From assembly GCF_009914755.1 (NCBI RefSeq), contig NC_060938.1: a stretch of 64,000 bases of DNA; one strand, given 5' to 3'. The notes below the pieces were generated by a model. That model made no database searches. It worked only from the letters and a program-made list of their open reading frames with translations, and was not told the DNA's origin. Shown one piece after another: positions 13,945-27,182 of the stretch (within the stretch, counting starts at the first letter, position 1; every line of letters starts with the position of its first letter). The position numbers and the translations under genes are program-made. Origin of the DNA: the human T2T-CHM13v2.0 reference genome, Homo sapiens.

Positions 13945-15754
13945 CTGCAAATAAAATATTATATAATTATCCCTGAAGCTGTTGCATGTAAGACTACAAC
14001 AGTGATAAGAAGAGTTCATGAAAAGAGAAATCAGAAATAAGTTCTAAAATGTGTCTTAAGCACAAGAACAATTGGGCCAAATTGGGGAGACAAACAGGCA
14101 GTTTATGCAGTCATGTACCATTTCAGGAGTCTAGAAGACTTCATTTTGTTCTAGAAGAGTGTGAAAGCAGATGTTACTGTAATGATAATTCAACCAAATA
14201 GAATTGGTCAAAAAAATTCTAATAAAAGATAATTTGTTGTTCTTGCAGGAAATCATTTAAGATTTAAGACTAGGTATCCACAAGCACATCTCACTATTAT
14301 GATCCAATGCTGGCTTAGTGACATGAACCAGAAATCAGCAACATCAACATCCTCTTTTGCCAAACTATGTGCTCCTTCCTCCTCATATACATATATGTCT
14401 TTCAATGACATATCATTTAGGGCCATTTTCTTCCATTATTTTTCTACTGTTAGAATTTGCTATCATCAGGTGAAAAAGCTGACATTTTGGTGGTGTTCCA
14501 CTGAGTGAATACTTGGTGTATTAATAAATTGACTAGCATGTTTTCAAATCAATTTATTGATACTCTGTCGGAAATGGTTTCCAGCAAAGTTTCCTCAATG
14601 TTACTCCCCCATAACCTAGCCCTACATTTAAAAAAAATTAAGTAATAAAAGCCTTTGCTCCAGGTTGGAGCAGAAAAATAATTTTTTGCTTCTTATAAGA
14701 GCTTTGTTAGTGTGTAGTTTACATGACACAAATTTCACCCAATTTAAGGAGCTTTTTAATAAATGTACACAGTTGTGCAACCATCAGCAAAATCCAGTCT
14801 TAAAATGTTGCCATCATCCCCTAAAATTTCCTTGGTCCTGGTTTCAACTTCTACTTATTCTCTCAACTCCAGGAAATCACTGACAATGCCTACTGTCTTT
14901 ATAGGTCTACTTTTTCTAGCTGTTTTTCATAACTTAAATCATAGAATATGCGCTCCATAATGTTCGGCTTCTTTCATTAGCATAACATTTTAAAATTCAT
15001 TCATAATATAGCATGCATCAGTATTTAATTTCCTTTAATTGCTGAACAGTATTCCATTGTATAAATATACCACATTTTGTTAATTCATTGACAGACACTC
15101 AGATTGTTTCCAGTTTAAACCTATTATTAATAATACTGCTAGGAACACTTGTGTACCAGTCTTTGTGAGAACATGTTTTCATTTTTTTCTAGGTAGTTAT
15201 CTACAAGTTGATTGGTTGCATTTTATGGTAAATACATATTTAACTTTTCTAAAAACTGCCAAGATGTTATCCAAACTGATTGTACATCTTACGTTCCCAG
15301 CAGCAATGTATAAGAGTTTCGATTTTTTCAAATAGATACCAAAACATGATGTTTACAGTCTTTCAAAAGACATCTTCATATCCACTGCAGAGAGGATACT
15401 GATGATTCACATATTAGTTTTAATTTGCATTTCTCCAATCACTAATAATGAGCATCTTTTTATGTGCTTATTAGCAATTCATATATCTAAGCTTTACACA
15501 ATCTTTTGTGGAGTGTATGTTCACATATATTACCCAATTTTTAATTGAGTCATTTGTCTTCCTATTACTGAGTTGTAAGAGTTCCTTACATATTCCAAAT
15601 ACAAACTATTTTCAGATATATAATGGTCAAATATTTTCTCCCATCTGTAGCTTATCTTTTATTTTTCTTAATAGAATCTTTTGAAGATAAAATGTTTTAA
15701 TTTTGGTGACTTATTAGTCAGAGTTCTCCAGAGAGTCAGAACTAATAAGATTAG

Positions 15755-16104
15755 TTTAGTAATCCATTTTCACACTGCTATAAAAATACTACCTGAGACT
15801 GGGTAATTTTAACTCACAGTTCTGCATGGCTGGGGAGACCTCAGGAAACTTACAATTACGGTGGAAGGCCAAGGGGAAGCCTGGCACGCCGTATATGGTG
15901 GAAGGAGAGAGTGAGCAAGAAGAGGGAAGCATCAGACACTTATCAAACAACCAGATCTCATGAGAACTCACTCACTATCACAAGAACAGAAAAAGGGAAA
16001 CCTGCTTCCATGATGCAATCACCTCCCACCAGGTCTCTTCCACAACACATGGGGATTACAATTGGAGGTGAGATTTGGGTGGGGACACAGAGCGAAACCA
16101 TATC

Positions 16105-16105
<1 letters not shown>
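15755..16105 (-). mobile_element. MSTA-like MaLR LTR nested in the MLT2
   Basis: CACAGTTCTGCATGGCTGGGGAGACCTCAGGAAACTTACAAT...GATTTGGGTGGGGACACAG. Confidence 0.85.

Positions 16106-16152
<47 letters not shown>
16105..16152. repeat. (GATA)12 tetranucleotide STR
   Basis: Perfect 48-bp repeat. Confidence 0.95.
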
Positions 16153-16153
<1 letters not shown>

Positions 16154-17567
16154 ACATTTGTTAAGGGAATTGATTCACATGATTATGGAGGCTGAGAAGT
16201 CCCTTGATAACTGCCTGCAAGCTGGAGACCTGGGAATGTCAGTAGTGTGGCTCAGTTGAAGTCCAAAAGCCTCAGAACCAAAGAAGCTGATGGTGACACT
16301 CTCATTGCAAGGCTGAAGGCCTGAGAATCCAGAAGGTTACTAGTATGAGTCACAGAGTCCAAAGGCCAAAGAGCTTGGAGCATATACGTCCAAGTGCAAG
16401 AGAAGGTTATCCCATGTGCAGGAGAAAGAATGAATTCACCTTTCCTCTGCCTTTTTATTCTATCCAGGATGCCAGCTGATTGGATGGTACCTGCTTATTT
16501 TGAGGGCAGATCTTTCCCTCTCAATCCACCATTCACAGACCAGTCTCTTCTGGAAGCACACTCAGAGACACAACAAGAAATAATGCTTTGCCAACTCTCT
16601 AGGTATTCCTTAATTCAGACAGGTTGACAACTAACATTAGCATCACAGTGAAGAAGTCATACCTACCAAATTTTATTTCAGGAATTGTGCTTTTTGTGTC
16701 CTACAAATTATTGCCTAATCAAAGGTCAAAAACATTTCTCCTATGTTTTCTTCTACACATTCTATAGTGGTAGATCTCATATTTAGATTCATATTTCATT
16801 TTGCGTTAATTTCATAGGGTGTGATTTGCAAGAAAATGTTTGTGATTTTGCATATGGACATCCAGTTGTTGCAGCACCATTTGTTGAAAATACTATCATT
16901 TATTTATTAAAATTTATTTGCACCTTTGTTGAAAATCAATGCACTATGTATGTGTGGGTCAATCTCTGGGTTCCCTATTGTGTTTCATTGGTCTATGTAT
17001 CTATGCTTTCTCCAATACCACAGTATTAGAGTGGTTTTATAATAGGTCTGCACACCAGGTAATGTGAATCTTCAGGTCTTCCCTGATTATGCCTGCAGTT
17101 TCCCATCAACCAGGAGTGTGTGGAGAGCTTACCTAGCCCCTTCTATATTTCTCAGCTCCTGAATCACTCTTAAATTTCTGTCTGATTTGCTTCTCACCTT
17201 AAGAAGGTCTCGGACCTCAGGTTAACAGAGCTATGCATTGTCCCTATTTTTTTCTACTGAGCTTGCTGCTTTTTTGAACAATGCCAGTGAGCATGAGTTT
17301 TTATTTTCTGCTCCAAGTAAAAACTGAACCAATGGCAGCAAAACTTAGGCTATAGATTCCCCTGGTTTTTATTCTAAGTTCTAGCAGCATTTCATGAATA
17401 AACAACTTTGAATTTGTTGTTTGCCCAAGGCAATCTTCAGAGCACTGAAATGGTTATTTTTCATAATTTTATTCATTTTCATACTTATGTTTTGCAGAAA
17501 GGATTCACTGGACTCTTTATATTACCATGGCTAAAAGTCTCACCCCAAGAAAAATATATTTGATATA

Positions 17568-17907
17568 TGTCTTAGTCTGATTTTGTTACTATCACAGAAT
17601 ACCTAAAACTGGGTAATTTATAAAGAACAGAAGTTTATTTCCTACAGCTCTGAAGACTAAGAAGTCCAAGGCCAAGGGGCCTGCATGTGGCAAGGGTCTT
17701 CTTGCTGTATCATCCCATGGCAGAAGACAGAAGGGCAACAGCATGTGAGAGAGGAGAAGCGGGTGATGAATTCACCTTATTAGGCACTCACTCCTATGAT
17801 AAGGACATTAGTCCATTCATGAGAGCAGGACCCACCCCTCAGTACCGCTGCATTGGGAATTAAGTGTTCGACATGTGCTTTTGGGGGGATATATTCAAAA
17901 CATAGCA
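17568..17907 (-). mobile_element. MSTC-like MaLR solo LTR
   Basis: TGTCTTAGTC...CATAGCA termini with exact ATATA TSD. Confidence 0.8.
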
Positions 17908-18339
17908 ATATATATTTTTAAAAATTGAGCTATCTGTCTAGTGGGGATAAGGTCACAGTTGCAGAGTAGGTTTACTTAGGTCTATCCTTGTCTTAATTTG
18001 ATGGGAAGGCTGCCTTCATACTCTCCACTCAAGAAACCTAAAGGCTTGCCTCATGATGTAGCAGAGAGAACTCTTCTCTATGAAATCAACTTAGGTCTTC
18101 AATGATAAATACAAATAGTTAACTAAGTATTAACAGACAGTTGAATTTCTAAAACACAACATCCCAAATAGAAAGGATGAATTTGTTTAAAAAAATACAA
18201 ACTGAATGGCTTGCCTCAGTGGAAATAAAAAGTTTGCCTATGTTTTATTCATATTCCAAGAGAGATTTTTGAAGATGCTACATCCATGGAACAGGTTGGT
18301 ATGAAAAAGGAGCAAACAGGGATAAAGATCTTTCACTGG

Positions 18340-19180
18340 TAAAATTAAAAATGAAGAGGCAAGAAAAAATCAGGACATAGAGAAAAAGGACAAAGAGAAA
18401 GATAACATGACAGAAAAGCCCGGGATACAGAAGACCAATTTCCATTCAATATAATTTTAAGAAGAGAAAACAGAGGAAATGGAGGGGAGATACATAATCA
18501 AAGAAATAATGGAAGATTACTGGGCACCACGTCTCACACCTGTAATCCCAGCACATTGGGAGCTTGAGGTAAGAGGATCGCTTGAAGCCAGGGGTTTAAG
18601 ACCAGCCTGGGCAACAGAGCAAGACCCTGTCTTTACAAAAAAATACAAAAATTAGGCAGGTGTGGTGGTGCACACCTGTATTTTCAGCTACTCAGAAGGC
18701 TGAGTCTGGAGGATCACTGGAGCCCAAGAATTTGAGGCTATAGTGAGCTATGATCCTGACACTGCATTCTTCCAGTCTGGGTGACAGAGTTTGACCCTAT
18801 CTCTAAATAAATAAATAAATATAGAAGACCATTTTTTCATAGTTGAAGAAACACATTTACATGTTGAAAAGGTCCTCAGGTGCTGAGGAAGATGCATTTT
18901 CAAAAAGAACTATAAGTTACAGAACATTGATAAAAGTATAGACTACCATAGAGGAAAACATCCTTAAGATTTCCAAAGTTAGGAGAGGACAAGTTATTTA
19001 TACAAGAGCAAGAAGTGGGTTAATATCTGCATCTGCTTTCTCATCAGCAGTAACCAGTGAGTAGAAAACAAGATGATGTTGTCTTTAAATTCCTAAAGGA
19101 ATTTAATTTTGAATGTTAAATCCATTCAAGCCACAGTAAAGAGGGAAATCAAAATAAAGACATTTCTAAGTGTCCATGTG
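18340..19180 (+). mobile_element. HAL1 or old L1 ORF1-like relic interrupted by an Alu
   Basis: A-rich ORF1-like GAGAAAACAGAGGAAATGGAGGGGAGA...ATAATCAAAGAAATAAT. Confidence 0.5.
18517..18820 (+). mobile_element. AluJ with (TAAA)n tail
   Basis: GAGGATCGCTTGAAGCCAGG and TATAGTGAGCTATGATC are J-type features. Confidence 0.9.
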
Positions 19181-20729
19181 CTCAAAGTCTCCAATCTGCA
19201 CCCCCAATCACACCCTACTTTAAAAGGCTTCGGGTTTGGTCAGATAATTTGTTTTCACCTCTTTACTGTTCACACACCTAAAATAAGTAATTAGGAAGGT
19301 CAGCACTGACAAGAAATTTGCATTTGTGTCTACTTTTTCCATTTCATGGATCAGGCAAATCAGTCTTTACATTTTCTACAGCCAGTACTTCTGTGATAAC
19401 AAGAAGAAAAGCATACAATGACTTCATAAAAATATCATATTAAAGATTTTTTCTTTTAATTTTTTTTCAGATATTCAATCAAGAATGCAATTCTGTTTTG
19501 AGGCAAAAATAAAGAATCATTTATAAAGTAGATTACTCATAAAGCTGCACTTCATTTGCCCATTCTCAAAGCTGTTTGGGATGTTAGTAATGGAGATCTA
19601 ACATAGCTGTGAAAATCAGAGTACAATGCAAAAATATTTTAAAAGCATCCTGTTAACAGCCATAGTCTCTGACTCATTGGAAGAAAAATTAATTTTAACT
19701 TGATTATGTTTATTTAACTTTAGATTATTGAGTACTTCTAAATTGACACAGAAATATCACCTTAACACTGGAGAGTACCATGTACTTTATCATCTATTAC
19801 AGAGGTGTATTTGTAAATTCCAGTTGTTTTGCCTCTTTTCAGTTACATGAAACTCACAAAAGGTAATTTTTCTTAAGAGATGCAAGTACAAAAGGAAAAG
19901 ACTATCCATCAGCCAAAAGAAATAGCAAAGGTTGGCAGTTGGTCCTTGTCAACCTTGGATTCTCAAGAAATATGTCACATTCCCATTCGGAGGAGAAAGT
20001 TGAACACCTGATATAAGAAAGTTCCAGTCCAAGAGATGTGCAGTCAATTTTCAATAAAAGTTAAATTAACCTTTGTCTGCAAGAATCTTTCAGGCTAGCA
20101 TGAAACATGAGAAACACATAGATGAGAGATTCTTTGTATTTGGAAAAAAAAAGGAAATGGAACTCCATTAGGATTAGCTAGAGCATGGAAATTTTCACAC
20201 GTTTTTGATTAACACCTATAATCTATAATATAAGGTAAGTATTAATAGTCCTATTTTACAGATGAAAAGATTGAAGATTAGGAACTCTAAGTAATTTATC
20301 AAAAATCACATGGGTAATGAGGGAGTGTTCTGGCATTTATAGTGTAGCCCTTATTTAATGGTATTATAAACTTGTTTTGTCTTCCTTCTCTATTTAGAAT
20401 ATCAGCTTTCCTAGTGTAGAGCCATATCTCCCTTTCTCATCATTATATAACCATGGTCCTTTACAAAGTTTAATTACAGTGATAACTAAACATTTATTGA
20501 TTAATGACTAGTTAGGAAACACCTTAAAATTTGAATGCAGATTTAACATGTGTGTCATCCCTCTTAACTATCACGTGTGTTGGCAGATCAAATACTGTGC
20601 TGTGTATTCAGTTACTTAATACCTATAGAACTAATATGTAAATTGAGAAATGTCATATAAATTTAATTGTTGTGTATGTTGGTTGTTTATCTATCCATCT
20701 ATCATCTTTAGAAGTCTTTTGTTTAATAT

Positions 20730-21640
20730 TGACAATAATCCAGAAGACCTCAAAGTCCCTTCTCATGTGCTCACTATTCCTATCCACCACCGTGAAGGTA
20801 ACACTGTTGATTTTAACACCATAATGGGGCTTTGACTATACGCATTTGAACTCTTTGTGAATGAAATTCAAAGGTATATATGGCTTCTTTCCCTCAACCT
20901 TATGTTTGAAATAGTCATCTATGTTGTTTTTCTCAATAGTTTATAGAAGTATTCTAGTTATTGCTACGCAGGCTTCTCTACTGCTTGAATGTACCACAAT
21001 TTATACATCCTAAAAGAGATAAACATTTAAGGCTTTTTTGCAGTTTTTAGTTATTGCAAAGAGTGTTATTATGAGCAATCATGATCTAACTTTTTGTGAA
21101 AATATTATGCATTTCTATATGCATAGTTTTATATGTGAAATTTCTGGATCATAAGGCATATATACAATATAGTTGTGAAAATAAAAATACAAATGGAAAA
21201 AAAATACAAAGCTTCAGCATATACCAGCAAAAAGTTGCCCAAAGTTATCAGGACCAATTTACACTCATACCAGTCATGTATGAGAATTTCAGTTGTTCTA
21301 TACATCTGCCAACACTTAGCATTATCAGGCCTTTCAATTTAGCCATATTATTTGCTGTACAGTGATATATCTAATTGTGATTTTGATTTTGATTTCTTCT
21401 ATGAAAAATGATTTTGAGAGCATTTTTATGTTTATTAGCCATTTGAATATTTCTTTTTGCAGCTTATGGCTTTTTAGTTGATTTGCTGAAATTCTGACAA
21501 ATGTATATGTACTCCAGGGTCATAACATATTTGCCTGTGTTATTTTCTAAAAACCTTATTGTTTTATATGCCATGTTTTGTCTACAATCCACCCAGAATT
21601 TATTTTTATGTATATGGTTTCCTTTTATTTGTCTTCATGT
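20730..21640 (-). mobile_element. L1ME-like relic
   Basis: GAATGTACCACAATTTAT, ATTAGCCATTTGAATATTTCTTTT. Confidence 0.6.
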
Positions 21641-21907
21641 AAACATATGAGATATTATATGGCAGAAAGCCTAACACAACAAATAAATAATAACTAAATG
21701 GGAGGTTAATGTAAGAAATTTATGTTAGTATAATCCTAAGTATATGAAAAGTGAGTGGAACAAACAGGAGATAAACCCCAAACTTCCAAAAAATTAGTCA
21801 TATGAAATTTTATCATCTTTAAATGGTGAAATATCACTCTCTAACTGAAAAAGAAAAAGAAAAATTAACTTATGACAACCAAATATTACATTATATAATT
21901 TTGCTGT

Positions 21908-22922
21908 TGTCAACCTAAGTAACAAACAAGGAGAGATGCTCCAACCATCTTAAGTTTATTTGGGGATGTGCAAGGCTTTTGCAAACCCAGGATATGCAGG
22001 CTATTTATTAGTCCTTCGGCATTGTATTAGTCCATTTTCATGATGCTGATAAAGAAACACCTGAGACTAGGCAATTTAAAAAACTTTTCAACCTCTGCCT
22101 GTTACCCAGTTCCAAAGTCTCTTCCACATGTTCAGGTAAATTTTCAGCAACGTCCCACTCCCAGTACCAATTTACTGTTTTAGTCCATTTTCATGCTGCT
22201 GATAAAGACACATCTGAGACTGGTCGATTTAAAAAAAAGAAAGAGGTTTATTGGACTTATGGTTCCATGTGGCTGGGGAGGCCTCACAGTCATGGCGGAA
22301 GGTGAAAGCCTTGTCTCACATGACGGCAGACAAGAGAAGACAGATTGTGCAGGGAAACTCCCCTTTAAAACCATCAAATCTCATGAGAATCATTCACTAT
22401 CATGAGAACAGTGCAAGAAAGACCCACCTCCCTAATTCAATCACCTCCCACCAGGCTCCTCCCACGACACATGGGAATTGTGGGAGTTACAATTCAAGGT
22501 GAAATCTGGGTGGGGACACAGCCAAATAATATCATGCATATCCAAAGAGGCTGAGGAAAGGGGAAGCTTTTAAAGGGAAAAAAGAAAAATACACATACTT
22601 TGTTTTGAAACAAAAACAACATTGGTTACAGGAGTTTATCACAGGAGTCGAAGCCAGTTCATCAGTGGGGACAATATGCCAGGCAAATATTATTGTACAC
22701 CAGCTGGTTGTCCTTGGGATTCACATAGCTTCAGTTTGAAAAGTTCTTGACAAAAGTTCTTGTCACAGGTGTATCTATGTAGAAGCCTGTTAGTGAGTCT
22801 TTGTAATACTTATCATACGCATGTGTACCTAAGGATTCTCCATTTTAAGCCTTCCAGCTTTTTTAGTTTTTTTATTAGTGTTTGACACAAGTGACTCCAT
22901 ATTGATTCTGATGACTTTCACA
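21908..22922 (-). mobile_element. MER67/MER31-like ERV1 solo LTR containing a THE1 insertion
   Basis: Minus-strand start TGTGAAAGTCATCAGAATCAATATGGAGTCACTTGTGTC, end AGGTTGACA; exact 4-bp TSD CTGT (21904-21907 / 22923-22926). Confidence 0.8.
22023..22534 (-). mobile_element. THE1 provirus with large internal deletion (full 5' LTR, about 95 bp internal, about 60 bp of 3' LTR)
   Basis: Two LTR ends (22023 and about 22176) separated by THE1-int start (minus GTAAATTGGTACTGGGAGTGG...GGAACTGGGTAACAGGCAGAGGTTG); TSD GGCAT/TGCAT. Confidence 0.85.
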
Positions 22923-22984
22923 CTGTGATATTATGATTTATCCAAATTTCAAACCTGTGGGAAGAAAATTACTTTCCACTCAAG

Positions 22985-23350
22985 ATGAAATTGTATCACC
23001 CCCCAAAAAATTTATATGTTTATAATATTTGGAGATAAGGCCTTTAGGATTTAATTAGGTTTAGATAAGATCATAAAGGTGGGGCCTTTGTGATGGAATT
23101 AGTGTCCTTATTAAAAGTGGGAGGGGGAGAGATTTCTGTCTCTCTCAGTGTGTGCACAAGGAAGAGGTCATGTGAGCACAAAGTGAGATGGTGGTTACCT
23201 ACAAGTCATGAGAACACACCACAGAATGAAACATACCCTGCTGTCCCCTTGACCTTGGTCTTCCAGCCTTCAGCACTGTAAGCAATAAATCTGTTGTTAA
23301 GCCACCCAGTCTATGTTTTATTGTTATAAGAGCCCAAGCAGACTAAGATA
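22985..23350 (+). mobile_element. MLT1A-like MaLR LTR
   Basis: GAAGAGGTCATGTGAGCAC...CCTTGGTCTTCCAGCC...AAGCCACCCAGTCTATG...GACTAAGATA. Confidence 0.75.
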
Positions 23351-23395
23351 TTTATTGATAAATATATTATCAATAAACTTAAAATAAACAGTGGG

Positions 23396-23766
23396 TGATA
23401 TGGTTTGGCTCTGTGTCCCCACCCAAATCTCATCTTGAATTGTTATCTGAATTGTAATCCCTAGGTGTGAAGAGGAGGGACCTGATGGGAGGTGATTGGA
23501 TCATGGGGGTGGTTTCCCCCATGCTATCCTCATGATAGTGAATTTTCATGAGACCTAGTTGTCTGATAAGTGTGGGGCTCTTCCCCTTGGTGCACTTCTC
23601 TCTCATCTGCCACCATGTTATATATGCCCACTTCCCCTTCTGCCATGATTAAGTTTCCTGAGGCCTCCCCAGCCATGTGGAACTGTGAGTCAATTAAATC
23701 TCTTTTCTTTATAAATTACACAGTCTCAGGCAGTTCTTTATAGCAGTGTGAAAAAGAACTGATACT
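23396..23766 (+). mobile_element. THE1D-like solo LTR
   Basis: TGATATGGTTTGGCTCTGTGTCCCCACCCAAATCTC start; exact TSD GTGGG. Confidence 0.9.
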
Positions 23767-24081
23767 GTGGGCATAGCGTCTAGAAATGTTTTTTATTTTA
23801 TCTCTTTTCCTTAATTATTATTTAAGTAGTCATTACAGAAATAATATCATTTCTTAACAACTGATAAAAATGTCGTTTCTAGGTTCAGTAGAATTTTTTT
23901 TCTAGGGAAGCCTTAGTTACAAATTTAAAAAAAGAAAGCAATACAATTCTTAACTAGGGTAAAACAAAGAAAAGTTGGCTCTGAAAACAATCAGCTTTAT
24001 TGTATACAGAAAAGCCTCGCTAAAAAGTAAGCTGTATTCTTAGTAAAAGATTTAATACAAAGAGTAGAACTCTTTCCCTTA

Positions 24082-24483
<402 letters not shown>

Positions 24484-24971
24484 TTATCTAACCCAAGTTA
24501 ATTACATTTCCAATGATGGTTGTGAGAGCAATTGCCAAGATTTACTACATAAATGACATAAATTTAGTTGCAGAATAATTAAGTCAGAATTTGAGTCCAT
24601 ACATTAAGCAATGGAAGCATAATTACATTCTTATGGATGCTTAAAACTTCTCTTGCAATTGTATAAAAATGGATTCAGCACAGATTCTGACTGCATTCAC
24701 TTTCATTTATGCTTTCTTTTCTTCCAATTCTAATATAAAAAATGCAAACTGTAATTTGGGTGGTGCTTTATAGACCATAGCACATTTATATATGTATATT
24801 GGGAAATGACATCCCTTTGTACATTTCCTGCTAATGGCAGTACCAAGAGGTGACTTTGAAGATTGGAGTGAGAGCAAGGGGTGTTGGCCTCACAATGAAC
24901 TTCATCAGCAACTTCATCTTTGCCTTTCCAAATAGCCATTCTATTAAAAATAAAACACACTCATATGTGAG

Positions 24972-25018
<47 letters not shown>
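24972..25018. repeat. Compound (CT)n(CA)n microsatellite
   Basis: Direct reading. Confidence 0.95.
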
Positions 25019-25021
<3 letters not shown>

Positions 25022-25933
25022 CTTGCCAGTTAATGCATTTTGAAGATAAGTCACTTGAATTTCTACCCAAATTGTCTCCCTTAAATTCCTCCTACATAAA
25101 TGGATATGGAAAAGCCACATATGAATTTTAGATGCTAGTGAAATCTACGACCTTGCGTTTCCTCACTGATATATCTATCTATAGGTTTGATCCACTGTAA
25201 TTTTAAATTTTACATTTTCCACTATTATTGTTGTTGCTATTTTCCAGATAGTAAGATCTACTTTATATTCAATCATTTTGGTCCTGGAACTAGTAACCAA
25301 ATGTGCAACATTCTCTTATGTCTGTGTTTTGTCTTTTATAGCCTCCTGGTCCCACAGGATAGGACATGAAACAGAAGTTTATTACCCAGAGTAGGAAATT
25401 TTAGAGCTCACATTCATTGCTATCAGCTGGGAACCAATTCTTCTTTCACCTAAAAGAAATCTGCAGCTATTTAATTAGTGTATAACAAGATTGATTAAGC
25501 AATGCAGTGTCAATTAACACATTTAATGTGAAGGAAGATGATATCTAGCACTTAATTGATATCCTGTTATTCTTAAAAGTCATATGATAAATAGGAATAA
25601 AGCTAGCTAATAATTCACCTTTCTATTCCTCTCAGTTGACTACCTAACAGCTAAATACTCTAGCTATTCCCACTGTACAGTCTCATTTACTGTTGCTCCT
25701 AGCAACCAATTTATATTTAATCCTGTACAAGATCACTTATAGAGGGGAAAAATTAATGGTGATATCTGAATCACAAAGTAGAAAGGCAAAAAGCCTAAGA
25801 TTAAACGTGTGTGATTGCTACATATAGAACTCAGTGACTAGTTGGGAGTAAAATTAGTATAGCTTTGCTATTGAGTTGAGCCAATGCTTTAATCCATGCA
25901 GGATTTTTATTATCTTTAGAATGCTCCTTGATT

Positions 25934-26065
25934 CAGCAGGATAGACATCACCTGGGAGCATGTTAGAAATGCAAATTTTCAAGCCCCACCCCAGACCTAC
26001 TAAAATATGCACTTTGACAAGATCACCCCAGGTGATTTAGATGCACATCCAATTTTGAGAATCTT
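25934..26065. mobile_element. MER5A MITE
   Basis: CATCACCTGGGAGCATGTTAGAAATGCAAATT...GCCCCACCCCAGACCTACT. Confidence 0.8.
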
Positions 26066-26379
26066 CTCAACTCTTCATGTCATTTTAAGTGTCTTACTGA
26101 GGGAGTCTTTCACCATTACCTTGAGAGACATAAAGAAAAAATGCTTGAAGTCGTTTCCCCATCACTACACAACCCACTTTGTTCCTAACTTCTAAATCCC
26201 CCAAGTACAATATGATTCCCCCACAATTTAGTCATCACAATGTGATTATTCTTTGTTTTGACATTTTCTTTGTATAACAGAAATAACAGACATTAAAGAT
26301 ATGACTAACCTCGGGACTAAAAATCAATATTTGCTCCTTTCCTTCTATTTTAAAATCTCTACAAGGGCACTGGATGATT

Positions 26380-26760
26380 TATTACAGCTTAATTCAATAA
26401 ACACTTTGGGGCACCTACTCTTGGCCAGGCATTGCTCTGGGGGCTGGAGATTCTGCCCTGCAAAATTCACACTGTATTATGGTAAGCAGCCATATCAACA
26501 AAACATCAAAAGTCTCCCTGATTAATTTGCTTCACAAAAAGTAGAAGTAAAGTCTGAGCTGCAATTCTAAGAAAAATTAAGAGTTTGAGTCAGATTGAGA
26601 GGGTATTTCAGGCAGAGAAGACAGCATATACATGTGTACGGAAGCAAGGAACAGCTGGGGGTGTTTAGGGAGCTTCAGATGTTATTGGGGTGGGTGAAAG
26701 TTTTGGCTCAAGAGATACGCAAGTCTATGAAGATCAAGCTGATTAAGAATCCTTAATATC
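26380..26760 (-). mobile_element. L2 fragment
   Basis: ATTCAATAAACACTTTGGGGCACCTACTCTTGGCCAGGCATTG; TTTCAGGCAGAGAAGACAGCAT. Confidence 0.6.
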
Positions 26761-27182
26761 ATTTAGGCATTCCTGTGAAAATTTTTAATTTCTTTAAGGT
26801 AGGAAAACTGTAGCCCAGAATTAAATTTTAAGCTCTTTAAAAATATTCAGAAGTCTTCTATTCTTAATTTTCAGAAACATCCATGTAGTTTTAGCACTGA
26901 GAACTTGAAACAGTAGCTTCTTTTTAACCACCTAGAACTCTTTATGATTAAAATGTTCCACATAGATCTCATAATTTTTAAACGTTTTGTCTATAAAAAT
27001 ATAGAATATATTTAAACATACCCTTTATGACCATGCAATACATATTTGCATTGTTGGCCTAAGAATTTTGGAGATATATTAAATAAAGACTGCTCTTGAA
27101 GACCTCCACGTTGGAAACCATGGATACCATCTAGTGAAAACCTCATTCAGGTATAGAATGTTCCCCACAGCTCTCTAAACAG

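Larger units (their letters stand above)
15711..16647 (-). mobile_element. MLT2B-like ERVL solo LTR
   Basis: TATTAGTCAGAGTTCTCCAGAGA...GATTATGGAGGCTGAGAAGTCC...CATCACA; TSD GTGAC/GTGAA. Confidence 0.8.
14690..17550 (-). mobile_element. Old L1 (L1MB7/8-like 3' end plus ORF2 remnant) interrupted by nested LTRs
   Basis: AGTTGTGCAACCATCA, GTATTCCATTGTATAAATATACCACATTTTG, CCAGTTGTTGCAGCACCATTTGTTGAAAA. Confidence 0.8.

Noticed and set aside
23351-23377. Perfect 11-bp AT hairpin (similar one at 43110-43130)
   Set aside because: Short AT-rich palindromes are expected by chance or slippage.
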